DNA of 64,000 bases from Candidatus Poribacteria bacterium (GCA_963665235.2 CAXXLX010000001.1:2208001-2272000), one strand, 5' to 3'. Positions 10,315 through 20,651 are shown, numbered from the stretch's first letter. The notes: generated by a model from the letters alone, not told the origin. Translations and numbers: made by a program.

Positions 10315-11028
10315 CTAGCGGACAGCGTCCGTGAGAAACGTTTCCGCAATCCGTAGGTCCTCTGGTGTTGTTAGTTTTATGTTCCTATAGCTGCCGGTAA
10401 CCAATTTGATGGGGTGCCCGAGTTGTTCCACGAGTGCTGCATCATCTGTTGCAGTAATACCGTTCCGACGTGCTTTTTCGTGTGCTTCTACTAATAGTGA
10501 TTTACGAAAACATTGCGGTGTCTGGACACGCCAGAGTCGGTGTCGTTCAGGGGTATCCACGACGAACAGTTCTTCGTTTGCGACCTTAATAGTCTCCTTG
10601 ATGGGTACCGCTGTGACGGCGGCTCCCCATTCAGCTGCGGCTGTGAGGCATTCAAAAATTATCTCTTCGGTTACAAATGGTCGTACGCCATCGTGGACTA
10701 GGACAAACTCCACATCGTCTGTGAGTGTACGAAGGGCGTTGAACACAGAAATTTGCCGGGTTTCCCCACCGGTGACCAATTGCTGTACCTTCTGGTATCG
10801 ATAAGGTTTGAGTATTGTTGTGCGGCACATTTCGACATCGGCTCTGTCTACCACCACAAAAATTTCATCGATTGCGCTGTGCTGTTCAAAGCGGTCAATT
10901 GTGTGTGCAAGGATTGGCTTTTTTCCCAACGTGAGGTAGGGTTTTTTCACCGATACTTTCATCCGGCTGCCTTCGCCTGCTGCGGGGATGAGGACAGTTA
11001 TCTTACTGTTTATTTGCGTCCACTTCAT
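10315..11028 (-). CDS. ispD: 2-C-methyl-D-erythritol 4-phosphate cytidylyltransferase
   Basis: AAGEGSRM, HDGVRPF, QTPQCF, TDDA and NIKLTTPED motifs. Confidence 0.96.
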   Translation of the reverse strand: MKWTQINSKITVLIPAAGEGSRMKVSVKKPYLTLGKKPILAHTIDRFEQHSAIDEIFVVVDRADVEMCRTTILKPYRYQKVQQLVTGGETRQISVFNALRTLTDDVEFVLVHDGVRPFVTEEIIFECLTAAAEWGAAVTAVPIKETIKVANEELFVVDTPERHRLWRVQTPQCFRKSLLVEAHEKARRNGITATDDAALVEQLGHPIKLVTGSYRNIKLTTPEDLRIAETFLTDAVR

Positions 11029-12056
11029 CGGGTGCCTTTCTCTGGGACGGGGGCCTCTGCGTTGCGGGCGAAAATCATCTGGCCTGTGCTAGTCCGCAAC
11101 ATCTGTGTTACGACCACATCGAGGGTTTGTCCGATATGCGCTTTGCCATCTTCAACGATAACCATTGTGCCATCATCGAGATAACCTACCCCCTGTTTCG
11201 GTTCTTTGCCAACCTTTTGCAGATGAACTTGTATAATTTCTCCAGCGATTACAATCGGCCGGATAGCATTTGCTAATTCGTTAATATTCAGTACTTTGAC
11301 TCCTTGCAATTCGGCTACCTTATTCAGATTTTGATCGTTGGTAATGATTTTTGCTGCGTATTTGCGCGCGAGATGGACTAGCTTAGCATCAACCTCGGTG
11401 AGGTGCGTCACTTCTTCCTCTATGATTTCAACAGCAATGAATGGGCTCTTCTGAAGTGAGCGTAGAATATCAAAGCCACGGCGCCCCTTATTGCGGCGCA
11501 GGAAATCGGTCGAATCAGCGATATGCTGTAACTCGTTCAGTACAAACCGTGGGATTAGCAGAGTGCCATCAATAAACTGTGTTTGACAGATTTCAAGGAT
11601 ACGTCCATCAATGATTACGCTTGTATCTAAAATTTTAAAGTCATCTCCTCTGGGGGTTACTGCTAGTGCACCTATTTGAGAATATCGATAGGAGTCTAGG
11701 AGTCTTACGACAGGCAAACTTCCCGAAATATAGTAGCCACTCACCATGCCAATATACCCTAATCCGAAGGTAATTATGAGTTCTAAACTGCTGTTTAAGT
11801 CAATGCCTTGGGTGGTGCTCACGGGTGATTGGGGGAGGAAACGGAGCAGTACTTGAGAAAGCAACAACCCGAATGCAAGTCCCATGGCACTAGCAATAAA
11901 CCTACGGGCCCGGGGCAGGTGAAAACAGAACTCTCCTGCGACGAGGATGCATGCAACAGCAATCCCACCCAAGCGAGCGGTGGTTGTATCGGTCAGGTTG
12001 AAGCAGGCGATACCGGTTGCGATTATAAAAAAGAGGCGAATTCCCCAAATTTGCAT
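11025..12056 (-). CDS. PIN/TRAM domain membrane protein (YacL-like)
   Basis: N-terminal TM helices; LDTSVIIDGRI, RGFDIL, GVGYLDDGTMVIVE; lies between radA and ispD; start placed at ATG 12056. Confidence 0.9.
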   Translation of the reverse strand: MQIWGIRLFFIIATGIACFNLTDTTTARLGGIAVACILVAGEFCFHLPRARRFIASAMGLAFGLLLSQVLLRFLPQSPVSTTQGIDLNSSLELIITFGLGYIGMVSGYYISGSLPVVRLLDSYRYSQIGALAVTPRGDDFKILDTSVIIDGRILEICQTQFIDGTLLIPRFVLNELQHIADSTDFLRRNKGRRGFDILRSLQKSPFIAVEIIEEEVTHLTEVDAKLVHLARKYAAKIITNDQNLNKVAELQGVKVLNINELANAIRPIVIAGEIIQVHLQKVGKEPKQGVGYLDDGTMVIVEDGKAHIGQTLDVVVTQMLRTSTGQMIFARNAEAPVPEKGTR

Positions 12057-12295
12057 AGTTCTTCCGATGCATGTTTTGCCTATTGACAGCCCCTTCGCGC
12101 TGAAGCATGGGAGAGGCTTGGGTTTGTCAAGTTTCAGCAATTGGTCCGTGCCTTTAGTGGAGGTAGCGGTGTATTTCGGATTAAGTTAATTTGGTATGAG
12201 TCAATCTTTCAACTATTATAGCAACATTTTAGGGCAGAAGTCAAATTAAAATGCTAAAACTGATTGTTTAGGTCCTTATCGGGTTGTAGGTCTAG

Positions 12296-13657
12296 TTATA
12301 GCAGAACGCTTAGGCTATCATAGACATCGTTGACTCCGACGAGTTCAATTTTCTCATTTATCTCAATCCCTTTCTGATTGTATGCTGGAAAAATGGCGCG
12401 GGTGAATCCAAGTTTTGCGGCTTCTCGTAGCCGTTTTTCGATCTGTGGTACTGGGCGAATTTCGCCGCCGAGTCCAACTTCTCCAATGACAACGGTGCGC
12501 GGGTCAGCTGGGATGTTCCGATGGCTTGAGGCGATTGCGAGCAGCACGCCGAGGTCAATGCCGGGTTCATCAATGCGAAGTCCGCCGGTAATGTTTACGA
12601 AGATGTCGGAGTCGCCAACGTCCATGCCGATTCGTTTATTCAAAACGGCAACTAGCAGAGAGACGCGGTGCCGGTCAACGCCGGTTGCAGTGTTACGCGG
12701 GGTGCCGTAGTGAGTCGGGGCAACGAGGGCTTGCACTTCCATTAATAGCGGTCGGGTGCCCTCTATACTTGAGACCACGATGGAGCCGGAAATTTCTTGT
12801 TCTCTATCACTCAAGAAAAGTTCTGATGGGTTCTTTACGTCAACTAGGCCTTTGCTTTGCATTTCAAAGATGCCGATTTCATTTGTTGACCCGAACCGGT
12901 TTTTAATTGCCCGTAGGACACGATAGATGTGCTGGCGTTCTCCTTCAAAATATAGGACTGTATCTACCATGTGTTCCAAAATTCGTGGGCCTGCTAATGC
13001 GCCCTCTTTTGTGACGTGTCCTACGAGAAACACGGGGATGTTTCGATTTTTGGCGTAAATTAAGAGATGTGCTGCGCATTCCCGTATTTGGGTGATGCTG
13101 CCCGGAGCGGATTGGAATCCGGATAGATAGACTGTTTGGATGGAATCAATGATGACGGCTATCGGTTTCAGCGTTTCTATATGTCTTTCCACGACTTCTA
13201 GGTTATTTTCACAAAGGACATAGAGCGTATCCGAAGTTACGCCGAGGCGTGTGGAGCGGAGTTTTGTTTGGCTCACGGATTCTTCGCCGGATACATAAAG
13301 TACGTCGCCATATTTTCGGCTAAGTGCATCACTGGCTTGTAGGAGCAAGGTGGATTTGCCAATGCCCGGGTCGCCCCCGATTAGGACGACGGAGCCTGGT
13401 ACAATTCCGCCGCCGAGGACTCTGTCAAATTCTGCCATTCCTGTGAGTTGGCGTTCGATTTCTGTCGCTGTCACTTGAGAAATTGGTTCCGGCTTGCTGG
13501 CATGCTGCCCGATGCCTCGGTGGATAGGGGAGGGCGTGGCGGCCTCTATCTCTTCGGCAAAGCTGCTCCATGCTTGACATCCGGGGCATCTGCCGAGTGT
13601 TTTTGGCGTTGTATAACCACATTCTTGACAGATAAATTTACGTTTTGCGCGTGCCAT
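12296..13657 (-). CDS. radA: DNA repair protein RadA/Sms
   Basis: C4 zinc finger, GDPGIGKST, KNRFG, Lon-like C-terminus. Confidence 0.97.
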   Translation of the reverse strand: MARAKRKFICQECGYTTPKTLGRCPGCQAWSSFAEEIEAATPSPIHRGIGQHASKPEPISQVTATEIERQLTGMAEFDRVLGGGIVPGSVVLIGGDPGIGKSTLLLQASDALSRKYGDVLYVSGEESVSQTKLRSTRLGVTSDTLYVLCENNLEVVERHIETLKPIAVIIDSIQTVYLSGFQSAPGSITQIRECAAHLLIYAKNRNIPVFLVGHVTKEGALAGPRILEHMVDTVLYFEGERQHIYRVLRAIKNRFGSTNEIGIFEMQSKGLVDVKNPSELFLSDREQEISGSIVVSSIEGTRPLLMEVQALVAPTHYGTPRNTATGVDRHRVSLLVAVLNKRIGMDVGDSDIFVNITGGLRIDEPGIDLGVLLAIASSHRNIPADPRTVVIGEVGLGGEIRPVPQIEKRLREAAKLGFTRAIFPAYNQKGIEINEKIELVGVNDVYDSLSVLL

Positions 13658-13762
13658 GATAAATTATAACCTATTGTAGGTGGGGTTTCAAACTTGAAAT
13701 CAACTTGAATCTGAGGATAACAAATAGTGAGATGTTTCCGAACAAATGGTTTGCGTGTCCGT

Positions 13763-15328
13763 TTACCATTCGCGAGAGAGTAATCTGAACCCTGTTATCC
13801 AATTCCGTTCACCTCTCCAATCTTCGACACCGACGAGAAGATGGGCTCCCCGATAAATCCGGAAAATTAATTCAGCATTCAGTGCCGGTTTATCGCTCGT
13901 TAGACTGACTCCTTCAAGGGCGATGCCGAGTCGTCGTGATAACATCCATAGTTCAATTCCGGCTCCGACTTTTGAACGTGTAAACCCGGCGCTGCCTTGC
14001 AAATAGTCAGTAAAGTTATAGGCATATTGAAGGTCAACGCCGATTTTTTCGTCCCGGATGCCTAATCCGAAGCGATAAAAGCTATTTGTGGGTGGCACAA
14101 GCAGGAATGCCAATTCATTGTGTAAGTTTTTATCTACACCTAGATAGCGGAGTTCATAATCCAATTCGAACTCGGGTAGCTTGATAGCTTCGGCGCGCTT
14201 CGCTGTTTCCTCATAAAATTCCTTGAGCGATGTTACGACTTCATTCATGCCGGTCAAGGTTTTTCGTGTGTCTTCGAAGAGTTCAGGATTGTTAAGGAGC
14301 TGTGCCACGGTGCCTTCACCATGTTTCACAGTGTTTACGAGTTCACTGATATTGGTTTCTAAGGTAGTGATTGCGGTTGTTGCTGTCTGTAGGTTTTTAA
14401 GAATGGGTTTAACATCTGTGGTGCCTGTTTCGATGAGCTTGCTACTTTGGGCGATGAGTGTAGAGAGCTCGGTTTTCAATTCGGTGGAGTTTTGTCGAAA
14501 TAGGGTGATTGTCTGTCGAAAATCGGTTGTGCTGCGCTGTAAGTCGGTTAGAATATTGTTAATCTTTGGCGAATTTTGGTCGATGAGGCGCAGCAGTGAG
14601 CGGTTTACATCGCTAATCTGACTACTAATTATCAAAGAAGCATCTGTGAGTTGGTCTATCATCCGGTTCGTTTTCAGGAGCGTCTGTTGAAATCGTTTAT
14701 CGTAATTATCGGCTAGGTCCATCAATGTTGCGACAGTGTCATCCATATTTTTCGTAAATTTTTCGAGCGTTTTCCCTGTCAATGTGAGAAGTTCGCGGGC
14801 ATCCTTAATGCCTTGTTGAATTTCGGACTGATTTGTTTGGAGCAGTTTATTTGCAGCGGCTGTCAATTCAATGGCTTGGTTGAGCCCGGAACTGGTTTGT
14901 TCCAGCAATTCCAGCGGGTTGACAGGGTCAATTCCGATAATAGGGAGGTCAGCTGGTTGGAGTGCGGGATTGCCAATATCTCCATTGTCTAGCGCGATGT
15001 ATATCTCACCGACGAAGCCGCTCATAGAAATGCGTGCGTTGCAGCCTTTCCGAAGCAACTTAAAAGCCTCTTTGACGCGCGCTCGGATTTTGACAGTATT
15101 TGTTTCTGCTTGTAACTCAATGCCTGTCACTTTACCGATGGAAACACCGGATAGATATATGCCTGCTCCTGGGTAGAGCCCATTAACTGCTCGAAATTGG
15201 AAGTAGATATCGTTGCCGCGTGTGCTCCAGGGCCAGTTTCCTGCATTGGTAAGAAGAATAGCGAATAAGATAACGGCTATAACGAGCATAAGCCCTACTT
15301 TGACAGATGGGGTCCAAAATTTCATCAA
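13763..15328 (-). CDS. MlaD/MCE family protein with long helical region and beta-rich C-terminus
   Basis: N-terminal TM helix, GLYPGAGIYLSGVSIGKV MCE motif, GEGTVAQLLNN; follows mlaE/mlaF. Confidence 0.85.
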   Translation of the reverse strand: MMKFWTPSVKVGLMLVIAVILFAILLTNAGNWPWSTRGNDIYFQFRAVNGLYPGAGIYLSGVSIGKVTGIELQAETNTVKIRARVKEAFKLLRKGCNARISMSGFVGEIYIALDNGDIGNPALQPADLPIIGIDPVNPLELLEQTSSGLNQAIELTAAANKLLQTNQSEIQQGIKDARELLTLTGKTLEKFTKNMDDTVATLMDLADNYDKRFQQTLLKTNRMIDQLTDASLIISSQISDVNRSLLRLIDQNSPKINNILTDLQRSTTDFRQTITLFRQNSTELKTELSTLIAQSSKLIETGTTDVKPILKNLQTATTAITTLETNISELVNTVKHGEGTVAQLLNNPELFEDTRKTLTGMNEVVTSLKEFYEETAKRAEAIKLPEFELDYELRYLGVDKNLHNELAFLLVPPTNSFYRFGLGIRDEKIGVDLQYAYNFTDYLQGSAGFTRSKVGAGIELWMLSRRLGIALEGVSLTSDKPALNAELIFRIYRGAHLLVGVEDWRGERNWITGFRLLSREW

Positions 15329-16107
15329 GTTCTCCCGGTAAATTCTTTCAACACAGGATTCTCTATGTTAAGAATCTGATTAGGTGCGCCAAAGAGTATG
15401 AACTGCTGTAAAATGGGTTCATCTTTATTGATAATTTCGCTTGGGGTGCCATAAGCGAGCTGTGTGCCTTCATGAAGCATTGCCATAAGTGTTCCAACAC
15501 TAAATGCGCTGTGCATGTCGTGGGTCACTACGACAGAGGTAACCTCTAGTTTTTGGTGCAAGTCACGAATTAATTCGTTAATTTCGGTGCAGGTAACCGG
15601 ATCGAGTCCTGTTGTCGGTTCATCGTATAAAATGACTTCAGGGTTGAATGCTAGTGCGCGTGCGAGCCCGACACGTTTGCGCATTCCGCCGCTGAGTTCG
15701 GCGGGTCTTAATTCTTGTACGCCTTCCAAATCAACTAAGCTGAGTTTTTCGTCAACAACCTTACGCATCTCTTTCTTAGTCATCTTTGTGTGTTGGTCAA
15801 GCATAAAGGCGACGTTCTCAGCGACGGTCATTGAGTCAAATAGGGCAGCGGACTGAAAAAGCATTCCGATTTTTCGGCGGATTCGGTTTAGTTCCCGTTT
15901 TTTGATGTGAGAGATTTCTGTTCCATCGATCCAAATTTCGCCGGAATCTACGGAGAGAAGGCCTGCAATCAGCTTGAGCAGGACGCTTTTTCCACAACCA
16001 CTTTGCCCCATAATTATAACCGTTTCACCACGGGGTATTTCTAGGTCTAACCCGTTTAGAACGTGCTTTTCACCGAATGCTTTTCTGACATTTTTAACTG
16101 AAATCAT
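15325..16107 (-). CDS. mlaF: MlaF/Mkl-type ABC transporter ATP-binding protein
   Basis: GQSGCGKS, FQSAALFDS, LSGGMRKRVGLARA and YDEPTTGLDP motifs. Confidence 0.9.
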   Translation of the reverse strand: MISVKNVRKAFGEKHVLNGLDLEIPRGETVIIMGQSGCGKSVLLKLIAGLLSVDSGEIWIDGTEISHIKKRELNRIRRKIGMLFQSAALFDSMTVAENVAFMLDQHTKMTKKEMRKVVDEKLSLVDLEGVQELRPAELSGGMRKRVGLARALAFNPEVILYDEPTTGLDPVTCTEINELIRDLHQKLEVTSVVVTHDMHSAFSVGTLMAMLHEGTQLAYGTPSEIINKDEPILQQFILFGAPNQILNIENPVLKEFTGRT

Positions 16108-16212
16108 AAGCGTGTTGAATGCGGGCTGCCCATTCAGTACTAGAACGGGGTGAAGGGCCCGGAGTTTATTAAAGCGCGCTGCCAGTCTATTAAGGTCTGG
16201 CGCGCTTCCAAA

Positions 16213-17037
16213 TTATCTGAAGCCCAAAAGATTAAACAGAATGTGATTTAAGACAAAATCCAGGACCAAGATAGTTATCAGCGAGATAACGGCTGAGCCG
16301 GTGGTTGCTGTGCCAACGCCTTCGGCACCGCCTGCTGTGGAGATGCTGAATCCTTTGTAGCACCCGACCGCAGCGATGGCCATACCAAACGAGGTTGCTT
16401 TGATTAGACTCACTAAGATACTTTCTACAAACAGATGTTCTTGAACTTTCAAGATAAAAAAGGCTCCGTTGAAATCGAAGAGGGTGACGACAGCGATATA
16501 CCCTCCGAAGATGCCTGCGAGCGTTGAGAAAATTGTAAGCGTTGGGAGCATGATTGTGCAGGCGAGAAAGCGTGGTACGACCAAGTATTTAACGGGGTTT
16601 GTGCCCATCACTTCAAGCGCGTCAATTTGCTCGGTAACCTTCATGGTTGAAAGTTCAGCGGTGATAGATGCTCCAATTCGCCCGGAAAGGACAAACGCAG
16701 TTATCATAGGTCCCAACTCTTTTACAATAGAGGTGGAGACAAATTGTGCAACTGAGCCTTCCACAGCGTAATATTTTAATTGAACATATCCCTGAACTCC
16801 GAGTACCATGCCTGTGAAAAAACCGGATACGAGAACAACTGTTAGCGAATTAAAACCGATAAAAAGCAGCTGCTTCAGGATTAGGTCAAATTGGAAAGGC
16901 GGTTTGAAAATTTGCACAATCGTTTCGGTGCACAGCTGCGCGGCATCGCCTATTCCTGAAAGTGTCCGATAAGACCAATTTTTGAGTAGGGACGTAGCTC
17001 CTTTCGAGGGCTCTGGTGTCAAAACTGTATGCTTCAT
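16213..17037 (-). CDS. mlaE: MlaE family ABC permease
   Basis: KELGP, GRIGASITAELSTMKVTEQIDALEVMG, GGAEGVG motifs. Confidence 0.92.
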   Translation of the reverse strand: MKHTVLTPEPSKGATSLLKNWSYRTLSGIGDAAQLCTETIVQIFKPPFQFDLILKQLLFIGFNSLTVVLVSGFFTGMVLGVQGYVQLKYYAVEGSVAQFVSTSIVKELGPMITAFVLSGRIGASITAELSTMKVTEQIDALEVMGTNPVKYLVVPRFLACTIMLPTLTIFSTLAGIFGGYIAVVTLFDFNGAFFILKVQEHLFVESILVSLIKATSFGMAIAAVGCYKGFSISTAGGAEGVGTATTGSAVISLITILVLDFVLNHILFNLLGFR

Positions 17038-17073
17038 AGAAAAATGTTGCGCTGTGAATTGTGCAGTTTCTAC

Positions 17074-18426
17074 CTATCGATTTGCATTTTCAAAACGCAT
17101 CTGTGGTTTAGTAAGATAGAGGACGACTGTCCCGGTCGGTCCGTTGCGCTGCTTTTTTATTAATAGATGTACTTCGACCCTTTCGTCTGTCTGATTGTCT
17201 TGGCCTTCGTAATAATCCTCTCTGTATAGAAAGGCGACGATGTCGGCATCCTGTTCGATAGCGCCGGATTCTCGCAAATCGGACAGTTGGGGTTGTTTGT
17301 CAGGGCGCCGTTCAATCTCCCTGCTGAGCTGTGAGCAGGCAATAATCGGAACGTCCAATTCCCATGCGAGCACTTTCAAGGCACGCGAGACTTCAGAGAT
17401 TTCTTGTTCACGAACGCTATAGCGTCCGGTCCCCCGTAGCAGTTGGAGGTAATCGATGATAATCAGTGCAAGGTTTTCGTGTTCACCTTTCAATCGTCTT
17501 CCTTCCGCGCGGAGTCCTTGAACGGTCATTCCTCGGTTGTCGTTAATCCAGATAGATGCATTGCTGAGGCTGTCGACACCCTGGGTCAAAGGGCCCCAAT
17601 AATCCTCGCTAAACTGACCGGCTCGCAAGCGTCCGAAATCTATATGGGATTCTGCGGAGAGCATGCGCATTACGATTTCTTGTTTAGGCTGCTCTAGGCT
17701 AAAGATTGCGACAGGCAGGTCCTCTTGGATTGCGATATTTTGGGCTATATTTAGCACAAGCGTTGTTTTTCCCATGCTTGGACGGGCTGCGATAACGATA
17801 AGGTTACCGGGCTGGAGCCCAGAAGTCATGTAGTCAAAATCTATGAAACCTGTAGGTACCCCGAGGAATTGCTTCTTTTCTTGGTCCCTTTCACGCCAGA
17901 GCTTTTCTATCATCTCAATGCTCTCTTTAAGCAGGGGACGTGCCGAGGTAAATCCTCGTTCTAGTTGGTGCTGGCTAAGTTGAAAGATTGATTCTTGGGA
18001 ATCGTTTAGAACATCCTCAAGCTCCTTTTGTTCATCTAGTGCGAATTCGCGAATCTGTGCGCCGGCTTGTATTAAGCGTCGGCGTGTAGATTTTTCATAG
18101 ATAATCTGTGCGTAAAATTCGGTGCTGTCGGTTTCGACAATAGGTGCCTGAAGTTCGTAAAGATAGCCTGCGCCTCCTACACGATTGAGTTTTTCGGTTT
18201 TGTTGAGTTCATCAGCGACAAGGATTGCATCAACTTTGCTAAAACGATCGTATACGTCAAGTATAGCGGTGTAAATAAGCTGATGGTCGGTTGTAAAGAA
18301 GGCTTCGGGTGTGTGTCCAAGCAGCGCGATGACACGTGGGATGACCATTTTCTCTGTCATCATTGCCCCAAGTACGGCTTGTTCCGCCTCTTTATCTGTA
18401 AGGGTTTCCGCTGCATGGACTTGCAT
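17074..18426 (-). CDS. dnaB: Replicative DNA helicase
   Basis: AARPSMGKT, IDYLQL, SQLSR, DLRESGAIEQDAD and KQRNGPTG motifs; no intein. Confidence 0.97.
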   Translation of the reverse strand: MQVHAAETLTDKEAEQAVLGAMMTEKMVIPRVIALLGHTPEAFFTTDHQLIYTAILDVYDRFSKVDAILVADELNKTEKLNRVGGAGYLYELQAPIVETDSTEFYAQIIYEKSTRRRLIQAGAQIREFALDEQKELEDVLNDSQESIFQLSQHQLERGFTSARPLLKESIEMIEKLWRERDQEKKQFLGVPTGFIDFDYMTSGLQPGNLIVIAARPSMGKTTLVLNIAQNIAIQEDLPVAIFSLEQPKQEIVMRMLSAESHIDFGRLRAGQFSEDYWGPLTQGVDSLSNASIWINDNRGMTVQGLRAEGRRLKGEHENLALIIIDYLQLLRGTGRYSVREQEISEVSRALKVLAWELDVPIIACSQLSREIERRPDKQPQLSDLRESGAIEQDADIVAFLYREDYYEGQDNQTDERVEVHLLIKKQRNGPTGTVVLYLTKPQMRFENANR

Positions 18427-18428
18427 AA

Positions 18429-18875
18429 TTATTCTTCCCGTTCGACGACGACGCGCAGTTCAGCGACTACCTCCGTGTGTAATTTCACGGAGACTGTAAA
18501 CACCCCGAGTTCGCGAATCGGTTCTGAGAGTTCAATGGAGCGTCGCTCGAGTTCAAAACCTTGGGTGCGTAGCGATTCTGAAATATCTGTAGGCGTAACA
18601 GAGCCGAAGAGTCGGTCATTTTCGCCTGCACGTCTTGTGAGATGGCACGTAACGCTGGCGAGCTGTGCAGCAATTTCGCGTGCTTGTGCCTTATCCTTTG
18701 CTTCCTGCTGGTCGATGACCCGTTTTTGATGTACAAAGTGCCGTTGGTTCCGTTCCGTTGCATGTACTGCTAACTGCATGGGGAGCAGGTAATTTCGGGC
18801 ATAGCCATCTGCGACCTTCAGCACATCGCCTGGGGCCCCGAGTCCATCAACATGTTTTTTGAGTATAATTTCCAT
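18429..18875 (-). CDS. rplI: 50S ribosomal protein L9
   Basis: GYARNYLLP and LFGSVT motifs. Confidence 0.97.
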   Translation of the reverse strand: MEIILKKHVDGLGAPGDVLKVADGYARNYLLPMQLAVHATERNQRHFVHQKRVIDQQEAKDKAQAREIAAQLASVTCHLTRRAGENDRLFGSVTPTDISESLRTQGFELERRSIELSEPIRELGVFTVSVKLHTEVVAELRVVVEREE

Positions 18876-18899
18876 ATTTTTATCCTAATTCGTGTTCGT

Positions 18900-18959
18900 A
18901 TTGCGGTACCCTCGGTTGGAGAGCCTTTGTTAATTGCTTCCGCGAGGGGTACCGCAATT
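18900..18959. other. Intergenic stem-loop between rpsR and rplI
   Basis: ATTGCGGTACCCTCG ... CGAGGGGTACCGCAAT inverted repeat. Confidence 0.6.
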
Positions 18960-18968
18960 CCGTGAGAG

Positions 18969-19169
18969 TTACCGCGTAAAAGGCAACAGTGCCATATTTC
19001 GTGCGCGTTTAATGGCGCGTGTTACCATTCGCTGCTGTTTTGCCGAGAGCCCGGAGGCTCGGGGGCTGACAATTTTGCCCCGTTCGTTGACAAACTTACG
19101 CAGCGTTTCCACATCTTTGTAATCTACGGATTCGAGTTTACTAAAACGTGACCTTCGTCGATATGCCAT
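18969..19169 (-). CDS. rpsR: 30S ribosomal protein S18 (short, Cys-free form)
   Basis: [18 protein letters not shown]...[19 protein letters not shown]. Confidence 0.96.
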   Translation of the reverse strand: MAYRRRSRFSKLESVDYKDVETLRKFVNERGKIVSPRASGLSAKQQRMVTRAIKRARNMALLPFTR

Positions 19170-19211
19170 ATTGATTTGTCTCCATTGATTCAGAGCGGTG
19201 AATCCCTGAGA

Positions 19212-19685
19212 TTAGAACGGGATGTCATCCTCAGTTGCTGAGGCTTCGGCAGTGCCGACCGGTTCGGCAGCATTTGTTGGTTGTGGGGTTGCGGCAGCGG
19301 CAGCAGCGGGTTGTGCTTCAGCATAGCTGTCTCCGACCTCCTCACCATCTCGTCTGCCGCCGATGAACTGAATCCGAAACGCTCTGACTCGGAGCCGGCT
19401 CCGCTTCGTTCCATCCTCGGTTTCCCAGGATTCAAACTTAAGTGCGCCTTCAATGAAAACGGGGCTGCCTTTACTCAGATATTCGTTGACAATTTCGGCT
19501 TGTCGGCCCCAAGCTTCTACATCCACAAAACAGGGGGTTTCTTTCTGTTCGCCGGTCTGCTTGTCGGTGTAACGTTCGTTCATAGCGATTCCGAAATTTG
19601 TAACCGCGCTTCCGCTGGGGAGGTATTTCATTTCGGGGTCGCGTGTAAGATTTCCCATCAAAATAACTCTGTTGTAACTTGCCAT
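19212..19685 (-). CDS. ssb: Single-stranded DNA-binding protein
   Basis: NRVILMGNLTRDPE and DDIPF tail; start at ATG 19685 with GAGG RBS. Confidence 0.97.
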   Translation of the reverse strand: MASYNRVILMGNLTRDPEMKYLPSGSAVTNFGIAMNERYTDKQTGEQKETPCFVDVEAWGRQAEIVNEYLSKGSPVFIEGALKFESWETEDGTKRSRLRVRAFRIQFIGGRRDGEEVGDSYAEAQPAAAAAATPQPTNAAEPVGTAEASATEDDIPF

Positions 19686-19760
19686 GGTAAATTCCTCTAT
19701 AGTTTCACGCCTCACGGGGCAGGCTGTGTCCTGCTTGCCGGTTTCGGAATGATCCTTATG

Positions 19761-20327
19761 TTAGTTCGATTCTGTTGCGTCTTCAGCTGCGTCCCTGTCC
19801 GGTGCTGCGTCTTCAGCTGCATCATTGTCCGGTGCTGCGTCTTCAGCTGCGTCCTTGTCCGGTGCTGCGTCTTCAGCTGCGTCCTTGTCCGGTGCTGCGT
19901 CTTCAGCTGCGTCCTTGTCCGGTGCTGCGTCTTCAGCTGCATCATTGTCTGGTGCTGTGTCTTCGGCTGCGTCATCGTCCGGTGCTGCGTCTGTTTTTTC
20001 AGCTTCCGCGCGCGATGCTTGTGCCGCTTTCAATTTCTCGATGTCGCCTTCGTAAAGCACAATCATGTGCCGTAGGATGGCCTCAATTACCCGGAGCGAT
20101 TGGTTCAGTTGTGCAATAAAACTCGGTGGGCTCTCAAAGACAAAGACCACGTAATAGCCTTCACTGCACTTCTGAATTGGATAGGCGAGCTGTCTCTTTC
20201 CCCAGACATCAATGTCGAGGATAGTTCCGCTGTTTTCAATAAGTCCCTTGACATTTTCCGTGAGAGCTTCCGATTCACTCTCGTCATAGTCAGGGGTGAT
20301 GATAAGCATAAGTTCGTACGGTTTCAA
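19761..20327 (-). CDS. rpsF: 30S ribosomal protein S6 with ~90-aa acidic repeat extension
   Basis: YELMLI, WGKRQLAYPI, GYYV; tail of (DAAEDAAPDx)n. Confidence 0.95.
   Translation of the reverse strand: MKPYELMLIITPDYDESESEALTENVKGLIENSGTILDIDVWGKRQLAYPIQKCSEGYYVVFVFESPPSFIAQLNQSLRVIEAILRHMIVLYEGDIEKLKAAQASRAEAEKTDAAPDDDAAEDTAPDNDAAEDAAPDKDAAEDAAPDKDAAEDAAPDKDAAEDAAPDNDAAEDAAPDRDAAEDATESN
19775..19991. repeat. 30-bp tandem repeat, about 7 units, in the 3' end of rpsF
   Basis: GGTGCTGCGTCTTCAGCTGCRTCMTTGTCC units start at 19801, 19831, 19861, 19891, 19921 and 19951, plus partial units. Confidence 0.95.
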
Positions 20328-20386
20328 TTTTGTATACCTCTCTCTGGACTCGCGGCCCCACTGATTAACTCAGGAAGCAGAGATTC
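20328..20386 (-). promoter_or_regulatory. S6:S18-binding ribosomal protein leader RNA
   Basis: Minus strand CTCTG-CTTCC-(hairpin)-GGGG-CCGCGAGTC-CAGAG-AGAGG: stem with a CCG-containing bulge next to the SD, directly upstream of rpsF. Confidence 0.65.
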
Positions 20387-20651
20387 AATTTAGAATATTC
20401 CATTTTTCAGGGTAGAGTTTTCTAACTTATTTAACGTGACATAATTATAACACATTTCGATTGGTATATCAACTTAAAAATTATTTTTTTAAGAGATATA
20501 CGTACTAAAGCATTGGTAAATTATATTTTAACATATTTTAAGGTAAATGTCAAATTTTTTTGGAAAAACCGAATCTTTTTGATTGACATTTCTGCCTTGT
20601 TAGTGGTATCATGAAATTAAAAATAGAAATACAGCAAATAGGACAGAAAAG

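Noticed and set aside
19775-19991. Possible CRISPR array
   Set aside because: Units are contiguous with no unique spacers, lie in frame within rpsF, and no cas genes are present.
19281-20119. Long plus-strand ORFs with Cys-rich repeats (VRCCVFSC)n
   Set aside because: Antisense shadows of the stop-free 30-bp repeat in rpsF and of ssb; no RBS or independent signal.
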